From: Blepharisma stoltei ATCC 30299
Lineage: Eukaryota > Protista > Ciliophora
Length of the DNA: 64,000 nt
Reading direction: 5' to 3'
Assembly: GCA_965603825.1 (NCBI GenBank)
Contig: CBFDEM010000044.1
Span: 434,001 to 498,000 of the forward strand
Of the stretch, positions 35,397 to 46,043 are shown one piece after another. The stretch's first letter is position 1, and every line of letters begins with the position of its first letter. Both the position numbers and the translations under genes were made by a program. Under the pieces are notes generated by a model. The model made no database searches and had not been told where the DNA came from. It saw only the letters and a list, made by a program, of their open reading frames with translations.

Positions 35397-37037
35397 ATGT
35401 TAATAAAACAAATAATGAAATCGTGGCTCGCTATACTTTTATTTGTTGCGACAACTCCGCTCTTTCAAATTGTTGCTTCTCAACAGGTTAATACACAAGG
35501 CATCGGGTATCTTGAACAAGAATTATCTCCAAAGGAGAAGCCAACGGAAATTCCTGATTTTCAAACTGCTGTGCCTCAAGATAAAAAATTGATGGTTCAA
35601 AGTCTTTTCTGTGAGTATATACACTTTTCACCTGAAAGTGTGCTGATTGAAGAGTCTTCAAAGGATTGGAAAGTTAAAGAGCTGTTTGTCCATAATATAT
35701 ATTCCTTTGTAATTCTGATTGTCATTGCTGTCTTATCTGGATTTTTCTTAGGAAATTCTTACAAGTCATGCAGAGTTGAGCTTGAACCTTCAGCGATAAC
35801 TTTATCACCTCGAAGAAGATGCATATCTGAAAAAGAAAAGCAAACTTTATTCGAGTTCATGAAGGAAAATAAAAGTTCCCCAAAGCTGACAAAAGAAAAG
35901 ACCTGCCAACTTACAATAAGAATTAACTGTGATGCTTCGATTGAACCTCTCACAAACTTCACTTTGCATTTACCTTCAAATAGTAAAAGAGCCAAAAAGC
36001 AGGAGTCTTCAGCTGATCATCTTCTGAAAGACAGTGTAAATAAATATGAAAAACTCCTTCAAAATGGACATGGTGCCCGAAACTTTGAGGTCGTTTCAAT
36101 GCTTGGAAGAGGTGGCTTTGGAAGTGTATATAAAGCCCGCCACCTTCTTGATGAACAATTCTATGCAATTAAAGTTATAAAGATCCAAGTTGGAGTAAAT
36201 CAAAATTTATACGAGCATAAAGCCTTTAGAGAGGTTTTATCAATGATGCAGCTTAATTCAAAGCATGTGCTAAGGTATTACAATTGTTGGCTGGAAAGTG
36301 AAGGAGAACATAATATAAGATCATATGAGCCAACAATGGAAGATGAAGAAAGTGAATTTTCAGAATCAAGCAGCTCTTCAAGCTTAGCATCATTATCCGA
36401 GCCTTACTTCAACCTAAATTTGAACATTCAAATGGAATACAGCAAAGGATGCACTCTTAAAAATTGGCTAGAAAGACCAGAAAGAACAATTGAGAGAAAA
36501 TCAAATTGCCTTATTTTTAGGCAGCTCTTAAAAGGAGTCTTGCATATTCATCAAAACAACTTCATTCATAGAGACTTGAAGCCTGCCAATATCTTCATTG
36601 ATAAAGATTTTTGTGTAAAAATTGGCGATTTCGGCCTTGCTGTCATCAATAATTATTTGGAAGCTGAACCATTAACTCCTCTTGATACAACCCACTCAAC
36701 AAATGTAGGAAGTCCACTGTACTTAGCCCCAGAACAAGAGAATGCCTTAAACTATGATGAAAAAGTCGACGTCTACCCACTTGGCATGATATTGCTTGAA
36801 CTGTGTGTAAAAATAGAAACAGATCATGAACGATATTTACTATTGAAAAATCTTCGACATAAGCATATGCTCCCTGATGAAGTCAAAGAAAAATTCGGAG
36901 TTGAGAGTCAAATAATCCTTTGGATGACTTCAAAAAATCCGAATGACCGTCCATCAGTCAGCGATATCATGAAAAGCGAACTCATGCAAACATGGGAAAG
37001 CGAATTTCAGCTTTCACCTCTTAGTCATAATATATAA
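35397..37037 (+). CDS. eIF2-alpha kinase (PERK-like topology: signal peptide plus TM)
   Basis: 'LGRGGFGSVYKARHLLD..YAIK', 'RYYNCWLE', acidic/Ser insert, 'IQMEY', HRDLKPAN, 'KIGDFGL'. Confidence 0.88.
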   Translation: MLIKQIMKSWLAILLFVATTPLFQIVASQQVNTQGIGYLEQELSPKEKPTEIPDFQTAVPQDKKLMVQSLFCEYIHFSPESVLIEESSKDWKVKELFVHNIYSFVILIVIAVLSGFFLGNSYKSCRVELEPSAITLSPRRRCISEKEKQTLFEFMKENKSSPKLTKEKTCQLTIRINCDASIEPLTNFTLHLPSNSKRAKKQESSADHLLKDSVNKYEKLLQNGHGARNFEVVSMLGRGGFGSVYKARHLLDEQFYAIKVIKIQVGVNQNLYEHKAFREVLSMMQLNSKHVLRYYNCWLESEGEHNIRSYEPTMEDEESEFSESSSSSSLASLSEPYFNLNLNIQMEYSKGCTLKNWLERPERTIERKSNCLIFRQLLKGVLHIHQNNFIHRDLKPANIFIDKDFCVKIGDFGLAVINNYLEAEPLTPLDTTHSTNVGSPLYLAPEQENALNYDEKVDVYPLGMILLELCVKIETDHERYLLLKNLRHKHMLPDEVKEKFGVESQIILWMTSKNPNDRPSVSDIMKSELMQTWESEFQLSPLSHNI

Positions 37038-37220
37038 TTAAAACAATAAAATTATTTAAGCTGAGCCTTTAATTAAAGTTTCTTTTATTTATATCAGGTT
37101 TTATCTTCCAAATAAGAATTTAATCAGATTTTAATTTAAATTTGTTCATTTTTCCTTTGCAATTTCTCGATAAAATTTATCGTAAATAATCATTCATTTA
37201 TAAGAATTTAGTGGACTCCA

Positions 37221-37505
37221 ATGCCAAAGAAGAGAGGATTTTGCTTTTATTACTGCCTGCTTATATCCATTTTTGCTTCGCTTTTCTTGGTAAGCACTAA
37301 GTAGACTTATATTGCTTTATTGTGTGTTGCAGATTCCTTACAACTTGACGTAGAGGATAAGACTGAGCATTCTTCGACAGTTTTTATTGCAGCTGGGTTT
37401 TATGAATTTATAGCTGTATTAATGCTCATTCAAGGCTTTTTATGCACCAAGCGTCAAGGTCCAGTTCAAAATGAAGGCTATCAAAAGTTGGAAAATAAAG
37501 AATAA
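37221..37505 (+). CDS. RNASEK / V-ATPase Vo subunit f-like 2-TM protein
   Basis: Intron 37290-37304; 'CLLISIFASLFL...VFIAAGFY' matches the RNASEK pattern. Confidence 0.65.
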
Positions 37506-37869
37506 TAGATAGATATTAGGACTTTATATGCTTAATAATTCATTCTATCTGAAACTCAAAAATTGCACATATCTGTGCTGAAATTCAAGCAAATTAATTC
37601 AAAAAATTAGTTAATCATGAATGTAATAGTTTGGAATTATTCTAAAACCAATATGGAATTATCAGTAAATCTAAACAACCCAGAAATAAGCTTTTTATAA
37701 TAAATAAGAAAAGGTATCTGTCAAACTAATATAAAAATTATCTAATAAGTACTACTATTTTGATTATTAATAATAAGTATTTTAAATACCTTAAATTAAA
37801 CATAAGATTTTTATACTTCTATTTATATATAAATTAGCTGGCATCTAAAGCCCTCTGATAAACTATAAA

Positions 37870-40746
37870 ATGGATGACGAGATTATAACTTCAAGCTTTT
37901 TCGAATGAATCGAAGCTAATGAAGACACATATGACTATCCGATACTCTTCAACTCTGCAGAGCATCTTGTGCTTACTTTTACTCTTGACAACAATCTAAT
38001 TAAGTTTGATTTCCAAGAAGTCTCCGCTACTTCAAGTTCCTCGAGTGCTCCAATCAAATCATGGATAGAATGGGTAAACTCCTATTTAAATGATCGTGCA
38101 GGCGAAATTTTGACTGGGGAAATTAACCTAGGCCAAATCCTTGACAAAGTAATTAAAAAATACTCAGAATTCAAAGAGTTTGACTCAGACCAGGAAGGAT
38201 TTTCTGATGAAGGAGAAGAGGAAGAAGACATGGACATTGACTATAGACAAGAAATTATTAGAGCTAATCAGGTCGAAGAAATAAAAAATGCACAAAGATA
38301 TGGAAAAGGAGACCATTCCATGGAAGGAATTGCAGAGTACGCAGAAAAGCATTTTATTTTCCAAGAAGCCCAGAGAGCTGTGGAGTTGCTGGAAAGCACC
38401 TTCCAAAGATGCCCGCAGCTGAGGCACTCATGCAAAATTTATAACTACCCAGCGTTATGCAATATCAGAATTGAACTGGATCTGGCGTTTTTGGATATTT
38501 CAGACAGTGTGATGAATATGTTGGGGCTAAATTATGATAATCCATTGACGATCAGCATGACTATCAGCGAAATAAAGTTAGTTCAAAGCTTAGAAGAGAC
38601 CCAATGAACCACCTCTTTGTTGGGATCGTTAGGCTTTGAAGTCCTACAAGGAGGCTCGATGGACTCTTATGGCTGTAGAGAATATATATTAGGAAGAGTT
38701 AGAAAATTCCGAGATGATACTTACAATTGCATAAAAGCTCATGACTACCTGCCTTCAGTTCTTGCACTGTCTAGAGAAAACAGTGTTGAGCCTGATTCAA
38801 AAGGAATTGAGCATGCCGACATTCTAGAAATGATTGAGATGGGTTTTTCTGAGCAGCAGTCAGTTGCTGCTTTAAGGATTGCCAGAAAAAATAAAGATGT
38901 AGCTATAGATATGCTGACTGGAGGCATGAACCTAGGCTATGGAGTTGATTTCCAAGATGTCATCATCCCATGCGACAATTTCTTTTATAACTTGCTTTTT
39001 TATATAAGAGACCGCCTACAAAAATGCACCAATTACTGCTTTATTTGCTATAAAAAGCATGAATTTGAGTCAATGAGACTAAGGCCTTGTGCACAAGAAA
39101 TATGCGAATTTAGGTTCGAAGAGATTTCAGGACTTTCACTATATGCAGAATTAAGGTCAAATATGGACTTAGCGATGCTAGATTTGTCATTAGCAGCTGA
39201 AGCTCTTACGTCTCCTAGAGCGCTCACTATTTTTGAGCCTTTTCCAAGTTTCATGCTTAAATCTAACCAAATCAGAGGAAAAGCAGGATTTCTCAGCAAA
39301 GGAAGTGTAACTTACTCATCTGATATGGACTCTAATAAAGACATAAACCTTCTTCAACAAATTTTTAGAGCCATGCCACATCCGTCAGCTTTATTAGAAC
39401 AATCTCATGATGAAAATACTCTACGCGAAGCATTAACAACGATGTTAGGAGAAAATGGAACACTTGGATATAAAATTATGAGGTATATTGTAGCTACAAA
39501 CCGGCTGATGCTTGTAAACTTAACTGGGAATAATCGAATAAAGCAGCTAGATAGAGTTCAGCAATATTTCGTCACAAATCACCCAGCTGAAGTTGAGAGA
39601 GCATTTCAAGCCAAGAAAAAGCAAAACGGCTCATTTTTTGCTTTTCACGGGAGCGCTATAGAGAACTGGTACTCAATATTGAGAAACGGCATCAGAAATC
39701 TAAGTAACACGCACATGATGACTTGTGGAGCTGCTTATGGGGCAGGTGTTTATTGTGCTGAAAACATAGCCACGTCACTAGGGTACACAAGAATGTCTGC
39801 TGGGAATTGCATTTGACCTCATGGGAATCTTCATTGTTCTTCAAAAGGATGCATGGCCATACTGGAAGCTATTAACAAATCAGCAAATAAAAGCAGTGGA
39901 AGTGGCATTTATGTAGTGCAGGACGACACTGATGTTATCATTAGATATCTCTTGATTTTTAGTCAAAGTGACATTGGCGGAGTCAGCGTAAATGTGTCTG
40001 ATCTTGGACTAGACAAGCATTATAAAAATTTTTCGGAGTCATTGAAAATAAGAGCACAAGAAATCAAGCAGCAAAGAATCAAGTCAGCAGTTGAAAGATC
40101 ACTTAAAAAAGAACAAGAAGAGCAAAGAGCAAGAAAGCACTACGAAGAGTATAAAGTCATTAAAAAAGAAGCAGAAGAACAAGACCATCATCTTGATTCA
40201 AAACTTTCAAGCCTAGAAAAAGCTTATGCTGGCCAAGGCTCCACAACTTCAAATAAAAGGATCCTTCAAGAGTATAAGTACCTGCAAAAGTCAAAAGAAT
40301 GTAAAGGCTTAACTGTGGAGTTTGAAGGTGGCTCAAATATATATATTTGACTTGTCCATTTAGATATGAACAAATTTGAGATTCCAAATGAGCTTAGTCA
40401 GGATTTCGAAGCCTACGCAAAGCGTTACTCAAGAGAGAAAGAAATGCTTTTTGAAGTAAGATTTGACTCGAATTTCCCATTTAATCCTCCGTTTGTAAGA
40501 GTAATCAGACCTCGTTTTGCATTTAGAACAGGGCATATTACAGTAGGAGGGTCAATATGTATGCAGTCTTTGACTTCATCAGGGTGGATTCCTGTGAGGA
40601 CAGTTGAAAGCATTTTTATAGAAATTCTATTCAATATGGCTGAAGGTGGAGCAAAGCTTGACGCTACACAAGCTCACATCGATTATACACTTTCTGAAGC
40701 TCAAGATGCATTTAATCGTGTTGCAAGGGACCATAAATGGATTTAA
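37870..40746 (+). CDS. UBA + PARP6/8/16-like ADP-ribosyltransferase + UBE2Q-like E2 fusion protein (958 aa)
   Basis: One frame with TGA=Trp at 37906, 38605, 39814, 40348. UBA 'MIEMGFSEQQSVAALR'; ART 'FAFHGS..NWYSILRNG..GAAYGAGVY'; UBC 'FPFNPPFVRVIRP..GHITVGGSICM'. Confidence 0.9.
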
Positions 40747-40894
40747 GTAATATTCAAAATATTATTATAATTTCTGATTCCTTAATTTTATTGTTAGCTT
40801 ATTGATTATATATAATAAACATATCAGAATCAGCTCGCTTAGATATGCATTAATTATCAGGAATAATATCTTATGATTTTATATTGCATAATAA

Positions 40895-42913
40895 ATGTCT
40901 AATATCAGGGGCAACATGCTTTTCGAGCCAAAAGGTCGGATAACTAGACTTTTAGAAGGCAAAGATTTGCCTGCTTCATTGGTGAACACATCAGAGATGC
41001 CAGCCAAAAACCCAATATCAAGACTCGCATCTTCTCTTTGGAACTATCTTTTTCCAAAGGCACAAATCAATATGCTGGTGCGGCCATTGCTCTTTTCTGA
41101 AGATCTCCCTAAAATCAAGCCGCTTTCAAGTGTGATGGAAAATGCTCCTACACCTAGATATACATCTATTCCTGAAAGTCATCCAAAGACTCCTCCACTA
41201 TCATGTTTGAATCGGATGAAAAATTTAGAGAGTGAGGCTAGCACTGTGGAACGACGCAAAAGAAAATGTCCAGAATCTCGGTTTTCTGATGGGGTAAAAA
41301 AGGTGAAAGTTGACTGTGCGGAGACAGGGGTCCAAACTGAGCTAAGAAGACCAATTGAGTCACTAGCGTATAAAGCTCAGAAGAATGCTCCAGCTGTAAA
41401 ATCTATGAAGCCGACGTGGGGAAGGCTCTCTATATCTTCTGCTGAACTCCCATCAAGCAAGTGGAATGGCCTGAGAACTGTAAAAAAGGAAGAATCTGGA
41501 AAAGAGCTATTTGAGAAGAACTTTGAAAAGATATTCAATAAGAATGATTTTAGGACTTTAAGTGAAGTAGTAAAGAAGACTGATTCATTAGAAACTTCGA
41601 TGGATACAAAAGGAACAGATTCAGAGGAAGAAAAAAAGAATTCGAGGCCGATATTTAGAAAAGATATTGAATCGCTTAGTGTTTCCAGCCATTCTTCAGA
41701 TATCAAGCAAGGCGAAAAGCCTTCTCTTTCACTTATGTCTGAATATTCCATTTCAATTAGTGGTTCAAAACCTAAACATAAAGAATCAGTCTCAAAGAAA
41801 AAAACAATTGAAATTGCGAAGGTTTCTGGCACAGAAATTAAAGCAAACACTAAATCTATAAAGGAAACGGAACCTAATAAGCAATCCAGAGTTGGCTTTG
41901 AAAAACTATCCTCAAGCACAAGTGAAATTAAAGAAACTGACCAAGAAAAAAATATTTTTATTTTCCCAGAGCCTACAAAAAAAGAAAAAGCCCAATTCCC
42001 AATTTTTGGTAATAATTCCAATTCTCAAGAGGGCTTTGGGAATTTGGTTAAAAAGGAAGAGAACAAAACTCAGCCGTTTAATCTCTTCAGTAATGTCCAA
42101 AATGCTCAAGTGGATTTAAATACAAATACTATTAAGAAGGAAGAATCAAGTGCTATTCAAAACGAAAACAAAGAAAAAGAAATTGAAAAAATTTCGAAAG
42201 CAGAGTCAAGTATTTTCAATAAAACTTTGCCAGCAACTTTGACTAATCAAAACCCATTTGTGCAATTAGAGAAAAAAGATAATGATAATCAGACTGTAAA
42301 TTCCAACACAAAAGATTCATCATCTCTATTTCAATCTCAAAACCCTTTCACACCTCAAAATACCAAAGTGGATACAAAATCACTATTCCCAACTCCTTTT
42401 TCCACCCCATCAATATCTTCAACCTCAGAACCAACCAAAGTTCAAGACACTGAAAAATCCCAGCAGGTCGTAAATCCCTTCTTAAACCTGAACTCAGTCA
42501 ACTCCGTTAAGCTTCCATACGTTTTCGGAGCCAAACAGCCAACTCCACCACCTATGACTTTCTCCCCCACATCAAATCCATTTGCTCCATTCCAATCACC
42601 TCAACCTGAGATGACCCAAGACATCGATATGAAAGACGGAACTCCTCAATCAAGTCCCAAACTTGCCCCTCAATCTCAGCCTATTTTCACTCAAAACAGC
42701 TTTTCGCTCTTTCAATGTGCAACTCCAGTCCCCTTAAGCGTGCCTTCAACTCCTTCTCTATTATTTTCTCCACAAAGTTCAGCCTTCATGCAAGGAAACA
42801 CAAGTTTCTCATCGCCGGTGCCAATGTTTGCTCAAAGCCAGCCAGCCACCCCTTCTCCCAGCACCCCAGGATCGTTTACATTAGGAGTGGTATCCAAGAA
42901 AGGAAAAAGATAA
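40895..42913 (+). CDS. Low-complexity Ser/Lys/Pro-rich protein with NPF/Phe motifs (nuclear basket nucleoporin-like)
   Basis: Bipartite NLS-like RRKRK...KKVK; several NPF and FG/FS motifs; basic tail 'FTLGVVSKKGKR'. Confidence 0.55.
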   Translation: MSNIRGNMLFEPKGRITRLLEGKDLPASLVNTSEMPAKNPISRLASSLWNYLFPKAQINMLVRPLLFSEDLPKIKPLSSVMENAPTPRYTSIPESHPKTPPLSCLNRMKNLESEASTVERRKRKCPESRFSDGVKKVKVDCAETGVQTELRRPIESLAYKAQKNAPAVKSMKPTWGRLSISSAELPSSKWNGLRTVKKEESGKELFEKNFEKIFNKNDFRTLSEVVKKTDSLETSMDTKGTDSEEEKKNSRPIFRKDIESLSVSSHSSDIKQGEKPSLSLMSEYSISISGSKPKHKESVSKKKTIEIAKVSGTEIKANTKSIKETEPNKQSRVGFEKLSSSTSEIKETDQEKNIFIFPEPTKKEKAQFPIFGNNSNSQEGFGNLVKKEENKTQPFNLFSNVQNAQVDLNTNTIKKEESSAIQNENKEKEIEKISKAESSIFNKTLPATLTNQNPFVQLEKKDNDNQTVNSNTKDSSSLFQSQNPFTPQNTKVDTKSLFPTPFSTPSISSTSEPTKVQDTEKSQQVVNPFLNLNSVNSVKLPYVFGAKQPTPPPMTFSPTSNPFAPFQSPQPEMTQDIDMKDGTPQSSPKLAPQSQPIFTQNSFSLFQCATPVPLSVPSTPSLLFSPQSSAFMQGNTSFSSPVPMFAQSQPATPSPSTPGSFTLGVVSKKGKR

Positions 42914-42955
42914 AATTGTTGTTATATAATATTTTAAGCATTCTTTTATATAAAT

Positions 42956-44083
42956 ATGAGTTTTCCACTATCAATAAGAACACTAACGTGAACACGAGAC
43001 TCCCATGGTCTATTTGACTATGAAACCAAATCAGTCATTGCTAAAAATTTCAAAACTGTGAAGACAGGACGAGTCGTTATAGCAGGCGACAACTGCGATT
43101 TTAACTGTGAGAGCTCTTTACCGAGAGAGGGTGCACTTGTACAGGTCAATGAAGTTAATGGAGAATACATCGTCAGAGCAGAAAAGCAAGAACGATTTTG
43201 GTTTGTGGTAAAAGAGTATTCCAGCGATGATGGGAATAAAGGATACAAGCTGAATGAAGAAGATATTGTGAAAATCGGCCGGATCAAATTAAAAGTGAAA
43301 GAAATAAATACAAAAGGGTATGAACCTATTCAAGAAACCAAAGAAGAGGAAAGATTGATGAATGGGGCAGCTTGCAGGTTTTGCTTAGGAGACACAGAAA
43401 AAGATAGCAACCCTTTAATAACCCCATGCAAATGTGCAGGGAGTATGAAATATATCCACTATAAATGCTTACAAGTATGGCTTATGGAAAAAGTGAAGAC
43501 CAAACAGACTGGAAATTCAGTGTCCTACAGTTGAAGCCAGCTGCAATGTGAAATCTGCAAAGAAGCATACCCTACTTCAATTAGAATTGAAGGGAAAACC
43601 TGACAATTAATCGACGTCAACAAGCCACCACTTCCTTACATAATTCTTCAAGACTTAAGGTCCGAAAGAACTGAGCAAAGCCTCCACGTTTTGTCATCAG
43701 TTGACAACTCAGCTATAAAAATCGGCAGAGGTCATGAAAACGAAATCCGAATATCTGATATTTCAGTCAGTCGTTTACATTCCACAATAAAAGTCACAAA
43801 AAGTGGCTTCTATTTAGAAGACAACAACTCGAAATTTGGCACATTGGTACTGGCTAGGAAGCCAGTGCTGCTGAAGAGAAACTCTTCACTTGTAATTCAA
43901 TGCAAGAGGACTGTTATATATTTCAGCCTAAAAGAGCCTCGAAATTTAATTAGTATTTGCCTTGTTTGCTGTGGAAGCAACTCACAAGTTGCTCCGGAAC
44001 CTGGGCAGGTTGATGAAAGAGCAAGTGAGATGGATGGAGAAGAGGAAGAAGAAAGTGAACAAGAGGAAGATCGTTCAGCATAA
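42956..44083 (+). CDS. FHA + RING-CH (RINGv) + FHA protein
   Basis: 'TW(TGA)TRDSHGLFDYE', 'CRFCL...PCKCAGSMKYIHYKCLQVW', 'IGRGHENEIRISDISVSRLH...SKFGT'. Confidence 0.92.
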
Positions 44084-44239
44084 TTATTAATTTGCAAGCT
44101 TATTCTTTTAATGTAATTTTGTTGATTTGTAAGTTTTTTTAATTCTTTTAAATATCAAAATTTAATGCTGAGGAAGAGCAGTTGGAAGATATTTTATTTT
44201 AAATTATTTAGGCTATATATCTCAAAATTGAACGCAGGC

Positions 44240-44788
44240 TTAAGCCTTCTTTTGCACTAGTTTTTCTTGCAAACTTTCATATGGACTAATAATAAAGTTA
44301 TCTTTTATAACAATTTTCCTGCCTTTAGGCTTTTTAGGTAAAATTTCTTTTCCAGGAGTTTTTGCCCTTCGAGTTTTGAAAATGTTCACTCTCGAAGACT
44401 CAGCTCCTGATTTGTTTGTATCTTTTTCTGTATCTAACTTTCTAATCGGTCCTTTCGCTACTGAAGTCTGTTCTTTTTCCATTCCAATCGGTTTCCAATC
44501 CATTGCATCAGTTAATTTACAGGTCGTATTAAAAAGATCTTCCATGTCCAAACTCTGGGAAATGTTCAAAAATTCATTTGGTTTTACAACAGATCTTATT
44601 TTAAAACTTTTTCGAGACGGCTGAGGAGAGTTTTCTTGTTTTATTTCATATGCGGATTTATTTCTACGAGGATCTTGCATTTGGGGTGACTCTTCAAGAT
44701 GTTCTAATGTGCTTGCCTGTGTTTCTGATGTTCTCTCAAAGGGTATTTTAGTTTTCTCGTGATTTGAAGGGGTGTGATAATGTCGCAT
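44240..44788 (-). CDS. Hypothetical disordered basic protein
   Basis: 182-aa ORF with typical AT-rich flanks; no recognisable motif. Confidence 0.6.
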   Translation of the reverse strand: MRHYHTPSNHEKTKIPFERTSETQASTLEHLEESPQMQDPRRNKSAYEIKQENSPQPSRKSFKIRSVVKPNEFLNISQSLDMEDLFNTTCKLTDAMDWKPIGMEKEQTSVAKGPIRKLDTEKDTNKSGAESSRVNIFKTRRAKTPGKEILPKKPKGRKIVIKDNFIISPYESLQEKLVQKKA

Positions 44789-45407
44789 TGTTAAACTTGT
44801 AATTTATAAAGGACTTAAGCAATTAAAGCAAAATAAAGTAAGCAAGAATGAAGAAAATCCATTTAATTTAGGAAAATATTAGCATAGTTTAGATTTCCTC
44901 CATTTTTCATCTGTAAAACGATGGAAATTTATGTGAAGTTTTAAAGGAATCTTTTAGGAAGTCTTGAATATTTGTTTAGTTTTTTAATTTAAAATTTCAT
45001 ATGTCATCTTAAATAGCATAGCTTCAAAATTTAATATTTAATGCTCAAGTGGAAATTCTCATTTTTTTTTGGATAGCATAATATATTAGTATGAATTGAA
45101 CTTTTCTAAGCACAACGATTCCCTTATAGAATATTTTTTCTAGCTCTAATGCGTTAGTTTTTTCAGATCAGAATCTTTATAGTATAATTAATACTTTAAT
45201 TTAAATGCAGGATTTTTGTTTAGGAATCTTTGGTAATAAGACTATGCTTCCTTGTATGAAGCGCTTTATTAATTTATCGCTACTTTAACTTAAGTTCCAA
45301 AGTTTTGATTTTTTAACGACTGTTCAGTGCAAATGCCAGCTATTTTTGGATTTATTTTAGAATCAAACATCTACATTAACAACATTTAATACTTAAAAGC
45401 GCTTAGC

Positions 45408-46004
45408 ATGGTGACAAGGGTGCTTTTCCTAGTTATTTGCAAAATATTTCTAGTAAGTTCTTGCTTGTGCCCAAGCATTTACTTGGGAAATGGGCATTGT
45501 GATTCAGCGTGCGATAATGCCGCTTGTAACTATGATCAAGGCGACTGCGATAAAGGAGGTTCAAGCAGTTCAGATTCAAAGAGCATAATTGCAACCATCG
45601 TGGGAGTTGTGGTTGGGATTTTTGTTGTTTTTTGGGTGTAATAAATATTTAGAGTTATAGGCTGCACAATTTATTGTAAATACCGTCAAAAGAAGAAAAT
45701 CCAAATGGAGAGCTATCAAAATGACGCTGAAGCGAGTTCAGTAAGAGCCTCAGATGTAGAATCGTCTAAGTTACTGACAAAAGACGTAATCCAAAGAATA
45801 TGTCCTTTAGAAAATTACTATATTGGAATTCCGATCGATGGAGAACCCGTGTGCAACCTTTGCATGACTGACTTCAAAATCGGCGACTGGATCAGACGAA
45901 CTCATTGCATGCATTCATTTCATGCGAAATGCCTCGATGAATGATTATTATATAAGAATTTGAATCCCAAATGCCCTACTTGTGATATGCTGTTTTTGAG
46001 ATAG
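45408..46004 (+). CDS. Signal peptide + LNR (Notch/Lin-12) repeat + TM + RING-H2 E3 ligase
   Basis: 'CPSIYLGNGHCDSACDNAACNYDQGDC'; intron 45638-45652; 'CNLCMTDF...CMHSFHAKCLDEW(TGA)...CPTC'. Confidence 0.88.
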
Positions 46005-46043
46005 TATATGAAGATTATATGTTTGAAAGATTATATTAAATTA

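Noticed and set aside
41377-42021. Long antisense ORFs (also 8044-8409, 29948-30346, 62051-62413)
   Set aside because: Ser/Phe/Leu-rich shadows of Lys/Glu-rich sense genes
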